A stretch of DNA of 22,294 bases, taken from positions 1 through 22,294 of IMG/VR virus record IMGVR_UViG_3300037333_000017, one strand, 5' to 3'. The position numbers were made by a program, and so were the translations under genes. Position 1 is the stretch's first letter. Every line of letters begins with the position of its first letter. The notes beneath the pieces were generated by a model, which was given only the letters and a program-made list of their open reading frames with translations, searched no databases and was not told the origin of the DNA. This document shows, piece after piece, positions 8,878 through 15,633 of the stretch. The stretch comes from a virus (lineage: Duplodnaviria; Heunggongvirae; Uroviricota; Caudoviricetes).

Positions 8878-10206
8878 ATGATCATGGCTGATAATTTTAT
8901 AAGCGGTGAAGTATTATCAATCAGTGCTGCAGGAGCGTTTAAAGACCTAACGGCCACGTATAGGGCTATTATACATATTGACGATAGTCTCACGTTAGAG
9001 GTACCTATAGTAGAGCATGTAGACATACACAGGGATTATAATACGAACACATTCGATGTTGTTACGATAAGACTAATGCTCCCTTTAGGAGATGTGGTAA
9101 AGAAACTGTACCCAAAACGAGAAAAGCTAAAAATAACATTAATAAACAAGACACTTGCTGAGACCATACGGACGACATATGTTATGATATTGACAAAACT
9201 CGACCCACACCTTAAGGTAGATAACTATAACAATGAAACGCACGGGTCCTTAAATGGTAATTTTACAGTAATAGAAGCAGAATGTAAACCGTTAAATTTC
9301 AATACTCTAAAAAGCATAAGTGTTGGAGGAGTGTATGTTGGTACTATGAAAGATGTGCTCATCTCTGCAATAACGTATAACATAGCAGAAGCCGGACTAG
9401 ACATAGCCGTTAACGTTATCGAGGTAAATAACAGTAGGTTGTATGAGCAAATCGTAATACCTACCAATGTTACGACTTTGAACATTGTCGACTATCTCCA
9501 GAAAACGTATGGCGTCTATAATGGAGGCATAGGGATCTATCTTCAGAAATACCATGGGAGGGATACGTTATTTATATATCCGCTCTATCGCATGGACCTA
9601 TTCTTACATATGGATGAACTATTGCAAGTGACCAATGTAAATAGGACGTTACTGAATGGTATAGATAGTACGTATGGGATGTCTGGCAATACCCTTAAGA
9701 TACTCGTTCCTAAATCGGCACAGGTAGACGACGTTGGTAATGCGAGATTATTGACAAGTGGTACAACGGTTAGTGTAACGGATACTCACACCATAAACAA
9801 ACGCCCTATTGAGGTTAGCGAAGATAAATTAAAGGGGATGGGTAGTGAGACAACAAGAATACAGACGCATAAAGACGTGGGCGAAAACGCACTCACAGTA
9901 CACACTAGTCCGACAGCAAATAATTATGAGAAGCGGTCTGCTGTGCTAAAGAATGATAACACCAGGGTCCTTGTCACGTGGTCTAATAGCAACGCTAGGT
10001 TAATACGCCCATTCATGGCTGTATCGTTTGTAAAAGAGAAGGACGGGGACGTACAGAGATATAACGGAGTAGTTACAGGGTGTCATATTGTTACCGATAC
10101 ACCATCGAAGATGGAGGCAACAGTAATAAGTCTTCAGTTAAGTATCGAGCCGGCTCCCGGAATAACGAATTCTAGTTTATCATTCAGTAAGTTATTTCAA
10201 TACTGA
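8878..10206 (+). CDS. Baseplate hub protein, phiKZ gp101-like (T4 gp27-like)
   Basis: 442 aa. RDYNTNTFD.....L.LG....LYP.RE.L.ITL, EQIVIP and YLQK.YGVYNGGIG.Y motifs recalled from phiKZ gp101 homologs. The start could be 8878 or 8884. Confidence 0.7.
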   Translation: MIMADNFISGEVLSISAAGAFKDLTATYRAIIHIDDSLTLEVPIVEHVDIHRDYNTNTFDVVTIRLMLPLGDVVKKLYPKREKLKITLINKTLAETIRTTYVMILTKLDPHLKVDNYNNETHGSLNGNFTVIEAECKPLNFNTLKSISVGGVYVGTMKDVLISAITYNIAEAGLDIAVNVIEVNNSRLYEQIVIPTNVTTLNIVDYLQKTYGVYNGGIGIYLQKYHGRDTLFIYPLYRMDLFLHMDELLQVTNVNRTLLNGIDSTYGMSGNTLKILVPKSAQVDDVGNARLLTSGTTVSVTDTHTINKRPIEVSEDKLKGMGSETTRIQTHKDVGENALTVHTSPTANNYEKRSAVLKNDNTRVLVTWSNSNARLIRPFMAVSFVKEKDGDVQRYNGVVTGCHIVTDTPSKMEATVISLQLSIEPAPGITNSSLSFSKLFQY

Positions 10207-10225
10207 ATTATTGTGAGGAGTTAAT

Positions 10226-10540
10226 ATGTTAAAGAATATTGATAGGAGTACATCATACATTAGAGAAAGCTATGGTACAACGAACTCTAATGTATGGTTC
10301 CATGACTACGATTTCGATCAGGAGGCCGGTTATCCGTCAGACAGCGCGGCAGCGAACCTGAGTAAGATGACAACAAAGAGAGAGATTATAGGGATAGAAG
10401 GCAAAGAGAAAGATGAGTTTAAAAGACATAATATCGATACGTTATTTGGTCCTATAAACTCTATAGGGTATTGTGAGTACATGTTAGATGCTCCGTCCTT
10501 AGATGAAGTACTGGACGACGTCATGTTACATCTAAACTAA
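10226..10540 (+). CDS. Hypothetical protein
   Basis: 104 aa, RBS GAGGAG, acidic C-terminus; no recognised motif. Confidence 0.7.
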   Translation: MLKNIDRSTSYIRESYGTTNSNVWFHDYDFDQEAGYPSDSAAANLSKMTTKREIIGIEGKEKDEFKRHNIDTLFGPINSIGYCEYMLDAPSLDEVLDDVMLHLN

Positions 10541-10615
10541 AACGGAAACATATAATATATATGACTAACTAGATGCGCCGTAAGGCTAACTAAATTAAAA
10601 CAAAAGGATAAAAAG

Positions 10616-12622
10616 ATGAAAAAACTAGATAGAATGGAGATGCAACAAGACCTCCTACGAGGTAACTACGATGGAGTAGTGGGCACCCTAGACGTAGAAG
10701 TAGGAACAAGGCTGTATAATAAGAGGACATCAGCCTTATTGATAAACGGTACAACATCCGTCTATCACGAGGAGGGCATAGTCAATGTACCAGCCTCCCA
10801 AATAATATACATACCACACTCTAAAAAGAATGAGGAAGACGGAAGAGGATACGTCTTTATCAATGGAAACGGAGAGGTGGTTAGACTTAGACAACATTAT
10901 GACGGAGAGATAAAAGAGACTATTCTACCGTCAGATGTTAAATTCACAACTGTATATAGTCATGGAACACTAGACTCTGACGTCTTATATCTGACGTCAG
11001 AAAATGACGTATATGAGAGATCGCACGGATTTTTTGTGCCCAGTACAAGGGAATGCCCTATTGCGGGCATTGTAAAAAAGATAAACGACCTAGGGTATGT
11101 CGCATCTAATGCAGACGTACGCATAGACAGAGAGATAATAGGCGGTGACATAAAGTACCTTGTCGTTCTGAGAGACGAACATTCTAGGTTCAGATTATTC
11201 GTTAGACTTAAAAACGACCACTTAGAAGAGATTTTTGATACTTCTGAATTTGTAGCAAGATTCAAGGTCGGTAGAAATACCGTGGTTGAAACGCCATGTT
11301 TCAGAGCGTCCGGAATTATGTCGTATGACTCAAAAACAGTCGAGACGATAAGAACGTTCGCCGCAGAGGAACTAAAAAAGACACACCAGGAGAAACGTAT
11401 AGAGTGTGACTCGCGTATGCGCGCCGTAATCATAGGTACGACGATAATGACGATGACGTCGATGACTAGTGAGATGAGGATAGTAAGATATATTAAGAAT
11501 AAGGTTTCGTCATTCCTATCTTCCAGAAACTTCAAAACTTCTGAAATACCTTACATAAATGAGGTGATAACAAAGACGAACAACGCGTATAACCTAACTG
11601 CGGGCAAGATAGGTGAAATAAAGATTGCGCCAGCGAACGTAATCTACGAGTTACTCGTTAGCAATCCAGATGTACTGAAGGTATTCGGTATAAAAGAGAA
11701 GAAAATAACGGCTAGTCCCTTGAGCGTACCTACAGAGGACGCGAATGTATTCAAGAACACAAAGAAACTCTTAGAGACACTAGAGGAGTCCCTATTCGAA
11801 AGAGGTATCGTCATAACGCTCTTTAAAAGAAAAAAGACGCTTATCCCTAGAACGTCATTCCTGTCGTCAGACCCAACACTAGAAAGCGACGCTATGTTAG
11901 ACTTTATGATAGCCGTGGATGCCACACACAAACGCGGGGGATCATTTAGAACGGCATATACTACCGATGGACTAATAATCGAGTCGGATAACAAGTTCAT
12001 GCACTTACGCGAGTTGTCCGGAGTCTACACGCCATACGTCATAACAACGGAAGAAGATGAGATAATATCTAACCACGTTGTTAGTAACCGTACACTCATT
12101 TATACGACAAGTACGGGAAAAGACACCGTATTAAACCTACTCGACCTTGTAGACATGTCAAAAAGGAGAGTGAAAATACCTGTCTTAGTAAAGGTTGACG
12201 CGCAACCGTACGGTGGATTTGATATTCGCGTTCTAAACAGAGACGTTGTGATGACTCCTATATGTAGTAAAACTGCGAAGCCACTATCACCTGCAATGAG
12301 AGTAACACTACTGCCTGATAACACCTTAGAAGTGTCAGAAGCACATGTACCGAATAGCGAAGTATTCGATAATCTACCGGATTTCGACTATCGCTATAGC
12401 GTCATAAAGAGAAGTGGAGATACATACGCGGCGATACTTAAGAAGTTAGATGGTCCAGGGTATAATAGAGTCGTACTCAAGAATGGTAAACTAAAGTCAT
12501 TTCCAAGAAGAGTACTTAACGACATAAAGATAGTTTATAGAAGGGACGGTAATGACATTGTCCTGAATATGGAGAGCCCATACTTGCTAGACACACTAAA
12601 AGGAGATATAAATGAAATTTAA
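10616..12622 (+). CDS. Large beta-rich hypothetical protein
   Basis: 668 aa, RBS AAGGA after an A-rich leader. Many short alternating hydrophobic strands; no recognised catalytic motif. Confidence 0.75.
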   Translation: MKKLDRMEMQQDLLRGNYDGVVGTLDVEVGTRLYNKRTSALLINGTTSVYHEEGIVNVPASQIIYIPHSKKNEEDGRGYVFINGNGEVVRLRQHYDGEIKETILPSDVKFTTVYSHGTLDSDVLYLTSENDVYERSHGFFVPSTRECPIAGIVKKINDLGYVASNADVRIDREIIGGDIKYLVVLRDEHSRFRLFVRLKNDHLEEIFDTSEFVARFKVGRNTVVETPCFRASGIMSYDSKTVETIRTFAAEELKKTHQEKRIECDSRMRAVIIGTTIMTMTSMTSEMRIVRYIKNKVSSFLSSRNFKTSEIPYINEVITKTNNAYNLTAGKIGEIKIAPANVIYELLVSNPDVLKVFGIKEKKITASPLSVPTEDANVFKNTKKLLETLEESLFERGIVITLFKRKKTLIPRTSFLSSDPTLESDAMLDFMIAVDATHKRGGSFRTAYTTDGLIIESDNKFMHLRELSGVYTPYVITTEEDEIISNHVVSNRTLIYTTSTGKDTVLNLLDLVDMSKRRVKIPVLVKVDAQPYGGFDIRVLNRDVVMTPICSKTAKPLSPAMRVTLLPDNTLEVSEAHVPNSEVFDNLPDFDYRYSVIKRSGDTYAAILKKLDGPGYNRVVLKNGKLKSFPRRVLNDIKIVYRRDGNDIVLNMESPYLLDTLKGDINEI

Positions 12623-12908
12623 AAGACTGAGTGATAATAGGTTCGAATTAGATAGGGACATAAGTCCCCTAATGGATGCGACTAACGAAGCCGTGAGTAG
12701 GGCATTGAATGTAGAGATCGGTGACGGACTACCAGTGTCTATATCTATAAGGCAGTTAGTACTATATAAAATAGCCAGCGAGTTCGTAACTCTAGAGAGT
12801 GTCGTTAAAGGGATACCATATACCGTATTCATAAAACACAACGGAGAGATGCTAGAAGCAAACATCGCGCAACTACCGAATGGAGATACGGTCTACGCAA
12901 TAAACTGA
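12612..12908 (+). CDS. Hypothetical protein
   Basis: 98 aa, RBS AAGGAG, overlaps the upstream stop, followed by a terminator. Confidence 0.7.
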   Translation: MKFKRLSDNRFELDRDISPLMDATNEAVSRALNVEIGDGLPVSISIRQLVLYKIASEFVTLESVVKGIPYTVFIKHNGEMLEANIAQLPNGDTVYAIN

Positions 12909-12917
12909 GCAATAGCT

Positions 12918-12962
12918 ACACTAGGTACCGCGAGGTACCTAGTGTGTTATTGTTTTTTCTTT
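12918..12962 (+). terminator. Intrinsic terminator with GCGA (GNRA) tetraloop
   Basis: ACACTAGGTACC-GCGA-GGTACCTAGTGT is a perfect 12-bp stem, followed by GTTATTGTTTTTTCTTT. Confidence 0.85.
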
Positions 12963-12975
12963 AAAGGATAATTCA

Positions 12976-13032
12976 ATGCAGGTGGAGCATTGTAGAAAAA
13001 GAGTATGCGAGCGAGTCTGGAGACTATTGTAG
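12976..13032 (+). CDS. Candidate 18-aa upstream ORF (MQVEHCRKRVCERVWRLL)
   Basis: AAAGGA RBS identical to those of real genes in this window lies 7 nt before ATG; stop TAG at 13030-13032. Too short to validate from sequence alone. Confidence 0.3.
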   Translation: MQVEHCRKRVCERVWRLL

Positions 13033-13119
13033 GAGGTCTCCGTTACGAAAGAGGGCAAAACGTATAACTCGCTCAATATAAAGAGTGTTTCCATTGAAAA
13101 TAAATTGAAGGACAATAGA

Positions 13120-14352
13120 ATGTACGGAAATAACATAATAAAACTATTTGAAGACTATGTGGAAAACCCTATAAACTATACAAAGTTATATAAGGACCTT
13201 AAGGGTCATACGTTAAAATGGATGTATAGATCGAAAGACCATATAGAGTTTATGTCATCTAATCTCATAGGTGTACATACTGTAAAGTACACGATAGATG
13301 ATGAAAATGACTTCTTCTCTATATTCGATATAGATAAGATAAGTATAAAGAAAGATATAGATAGTCTAAAGGATATTAATCCAGCATGGAAAGTATCATC
13401 TAACCCTAGATACCTAACGGTAATGTATGTAATACATAAGGCGCTATCGGACAAAGCTAGTAAAGACTTAAAACATGACAAGCACCTACAGGAGAAATTA
13501 ATAAAAGAAATAAACCTTATATTCTCTATACAGGTCTATACTAGTTTGATGGTGACGTACTACAGATACGCACTAGATGAGAACATTGCAAGTACCGTGT
13601 TCGAAAATTTACCATATAGGTTTATTCTTAAGAAAGAGGGATCCTGGAAGAGAACGTTTGATTATTTCTCTCAGTATGTATTACCGAAAGGAACCCATGA
13701 AAAGAAGTTAGTTAGATTCCACACGAAAGACGCTATGGACGTAACTGCAGATATGCAAGGTAAAATAAGAAGTACGGTTATAGAACTAACACGAGTCGTC
13801 CATAATACGATAGACGCTCACAACGCTAGAGAGTCTAGGGGTAACCTAACGTTAAACGAAGAGGGTGAGGAGGAGTTACTAGACGTTATTAACGGAAATA
13901 AGGTCTATCATAATGCATTAACAGACATCATATATAGAGAGAATGAGTTTGTTAAGAAGGACTATGTTGGTATGATGAAAGAACTATACCCTAACCTCTA
14001 TGAGAAGGAATTACTATTCACACTATCTCACATGTCTAAGAATTACCTTAAACATAAAAAGGAGATAGATGATCTCATAGAGGACTGCCTTAATGCGAAC
14101 ATAAAATACCTATATAGAAGTAAACTCTATCCTCCTTACGATAAGAACGTTATTGACGTTATACGGTTCCTAAGAGGATTCTGGATAAACAGTAAGGTGA
14201 ACGATGAATATAACGTGAGGTTTAAGAAGAACTGTAAGTCATATGTAAGAATGGCCACAGGTAAGAAGACCGAAAGAGTCATAGCGACAGTAGTGATAGC
14301 TGTGGCGATATATTTCATGCTCATGGCTATAGATAACAGTAGAAGAAAATAA
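13120..14352 (+). CDS. Conserved chimallivirus core protein, phiKZ gp59-like (recalled as import factor Imp3)
   Basis: ATG at 13120 follows AAGGA (the track's TTG at 13105 has no RBS); 410 aa. DHIEFMSSNLIGVHTV, IN..WKVSSNP and FILKKEGSW motifs recalled from the gp59 family. It lies upstream of the gp61/62-SbcD-gp68-gp69 block. Confidence 0.65.
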   Translation: MYGNNIIKLFEDYVENPINYTKLYKDLKGHTLKWMYRSKDHIEFMSSNLIGVHTVKYTIDDENDFFSIFDIDKISIKKDIDSLKDINPAWKVSSNPRYLTVMYVIHKALSDKASKDLKHDKHLQEKLIKEINLIFSIQVYTSLMVTYYRYALDENIASTVFENLPYRFILKKEGSWKRTFDYFSQYVLPKGTHEKKLVRFHTKDAMDVTADMQGKIRSTVIELTRVVHNTIDAHNARESRGNLTLNEEGEEELLDVINGNKVYHNALTDIIYRENEFVKKDYVGMMKELYPNLYEKELLFTLSHMSKNYLKHKKEIDDLIEDCLNANIKYLYRSKLYPPYDKNVIDVIRFLRGFWINSKVNDEYNVRFKKNCKSYVRMATGKKTERVIATVVIAVAIYFMLMAIDNSRRK

Positions 14353-14397
14353 CGTCTAGTGCCGTTTTCGGCACTAGATGTGTTCTCATTTTTTTTT
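14353..14397 (+). terminator. Intrinsic terminator
   Basis: CGTCTAGTGCCG-TTTT-CGGCACTAGATG (12 bp including one G.T), then TGTTCTCA and a T9 run, immediately after the stop codon. Confidence 0.85.
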
Positions 14398-14401
14398 ACT
14401 T

Positions 14402-14413
14402 ATATATTATATA
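14402..14413 (+). promoter_or_regulatory. Candidate phage promoter motif ATATATTATATA
   Basis: An exact second copy is at 18054-18065, with one-mismatch copies at 1386-1397 and 10550-10561; all are intergenic and upstream of a gene. Confidence 0.45.
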
Positions 14414-14518
14414 TTCGGTTAAACTAGATTATGACCTTAATGGTTTGGTACTATAGCGATATGGTACGACTCTCTATATGCTTTCATGGGTGTATAGAAT
14501 AATAATAAAGGAGTAAAC

Positions 14519-15046
14519 ATGAAAAATAAAAATAAAACTAGAAAATCGACTCCGACAAAAACAACGACCATAATCCCCGTCGGAGAGGCGTACACCGACA
14601 GAGATGTGTACGTAGAGTCTCTACGTACATTGGAAAAACGCGAGACGCTTCGTCTCGCGAGACTGTTGGAAGAGTTGCTAGGAGAGGCATGCCTCTCCGC
14701 GTCAGCGCGCGCATGGAGAGGAATAAGCGCAGCGAAGGCTGCGTTCGAGAGCGCAGTTAGAGGTGATCCGCGCGCTGAATTCGTTGATATCGATGCGACG
14801 GGATCTTCCGATCCCGTCGCATCGATAAAACGTTTGAGAGAAAGCCTACAGAGAAAAGGAGATGAAAGTCTAAACAATTTGAAGAAAAAAATAGACGTTA
14901 TAGACGCTGAAACCTCAGACCCTGACACGGTAGAGCCGTGTGTACCATCCGGTACACACGAACTAAAACCTAAACCGACACGAACAGTTAATGTGGTTCG
15001 CGGCGGAGGGCTAGACCTCTCTGCCCTCCGCCGCGCGAGAACATAA
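14519..15046 (+). CDS. Hypothetical 175 aa protein encoded by palindrome-rich DNA
   Basis: Strong RBS AAGGAG 6 nt before ATG, open for 175 codons, flanked by terminator-like elements. Basic termini and a helical middle; no recognised family. Confidence 0.55.
   Translation: MKNKNKTRKSTPTKTTTIIPVGEAYTDRDVYVESLRTLEKRETLRLARLLEELLGEACLSASARAWRGISAAKAAFESAVRGDPRAEFVDIDATGSSDPVASIKRLRESLQRKGDESLNNLKKKIDVIDAETSDPDTVEPCVPSGTHELKPKPTRTVNVVRGGGLDLSALRRART
14607..15035. repeat. Cluster of perfect inverted repeats inside the 175 aa ORF
   Basis: Arms and spacers: 14607-14629 (11 bp, 1 nt); 14639-14659 (9 bp, 3 nt); 14681-14698 (9 bp, 0 nt); 14728-14743 (6 bp, 4 nt); 14788-14827 (18 bp, TTCC); 14937-14960 (10 bp, ATCC); 14999-15035 (13 bp, 11 nt). 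All were checked by hand. Confidence 0.95.
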
Positions 15047-15096
15047 CACCATACACGTACGTTTAAACGTACGTGTATGGTGTGGTCTTTTTTTTT
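15046..15096 (+). terminator. 38-bp perfect palindrome with T-tract; probable terminator between convergent genes
   Basis: ACACCATACACGTACGTTT|AAACGTACGTGTATGGTGT (15046-15083), then GGTC and a T9 run. It sits between the + strand 175 aa gene and the - strand 176 aa gene. Confidence 0.8.
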
Positions 15097-15625
15097 AGTC
15101 ATCGTATATTTCGTACGAGATATCTGTGCTCTTCACTTCCGTAGTATCATCGTCTAAGACCTCTAATAACCTCTCCTCAAATTCAGACTTAACTGTATCT
15201 GATATAGCGTCTGATGCTGCGTTTACTAATCTCTGTGACATTGTTCCTCTTCCCAACCTAGTCATAACTTCGTGTTTACTTTTTAAGCTATCGAAGTTAA
15301 CAGGTATTTTCTCTAACATTTCATGTGGCGTCTTGTGTATTATTCCGGGTATCGTGGCCACCACTACGCCATCCTTAACTATATCTACCGGAGACTTTGG
15401 ACCTCCCGCGTACGATATAAATCTCCCTATCAGGTACATGTTATCATTAGTAATAGGTACCTCACCTAAAAACACCGGTTCAAATAATTCCTTATAAACA
15501 TCATAAGGCATGCGTTTATTCGGTACTGCGGCGAGTGCTGAATATACCTTCTCTATGGTCTTTTCAGCTTGCGCGTACTCCTGTCTCTTTATCCTGTTCA
15601 CTTCTTCTTCTAACGGATTACCCAT
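15095..15625 (-). CDS. Conserved phiKZ-like hypothetical protein (gp61-like)
   Basis: 176 aa, RBS AGGAG. Y..LF.PVF.GE, ..YAGGP..PVDIV.DG.V...IP pattern recalled from the conserved reverse-strand gene pair upstream of SbcD. Confidence 0.65.
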   Translation of the reverse strand: MGNPLEEEVNRIKRQEYAQAEKTIEKVYSALAAVPNKRMPYDVYKELFEPVFLGEVPITNDNMYLIGRFISYAGGPKSPVDIVKDGVVVATIPGIIHKTPHEMLEKIPVNFDSLKSKHEVMTRLGRGTMSQRLVNAASDAISDTVKSEFEERLLEVLDDDTTEVKSTDISYEIYDD

Positions 15626-15633
15626 CTCTACTC

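Noticed and set aside
11373-11836. A-AAA-AAG slippery sites as programmed -1 frameshifts
   Set aside because: Two in-phase copies occur in one AT-rich gene (Lys-Lys codons). At the first site, which I checked, there is no clear downstream stem and no suitably spaced SD, so chance is the likelier explanation.
13042-13068. GAAA...GGGCAAAA resembling a c-di-GMP-I riboswitch
   Set aside because: Only short sub-motifs match, and their order and stems do not fit the consensus. The region is kept as a structured leader of unknown class.
3278-13119. ORF-track start positions 3278, 5087, 7766 and 13105
   Set aside because: Downstream ATGs at 3299, 5129, 7781 and 13120 have properly spaced RBSs. The longer starts overlap upstream genes or a terminator, or lack an RBS.
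14578-15083. Hairpin island as a CRISPR array, REP cluster or MITE
   Set aside because: The palindromes do not share a repeat sequence or regular spacing, and I saw no terminal inverted repeats with a target-site duplication, cas gene or transposase.
14437-15102. 221 aa antisense ORF over the hairpin island
   Set aside because: It has no convincing RBS, and its start lies in the reverse complement of a T-tract (KKK). High GC and self-complementarity make an open antisense frame likely by chance. The + strand ORF has the RBS and promoter candidates.
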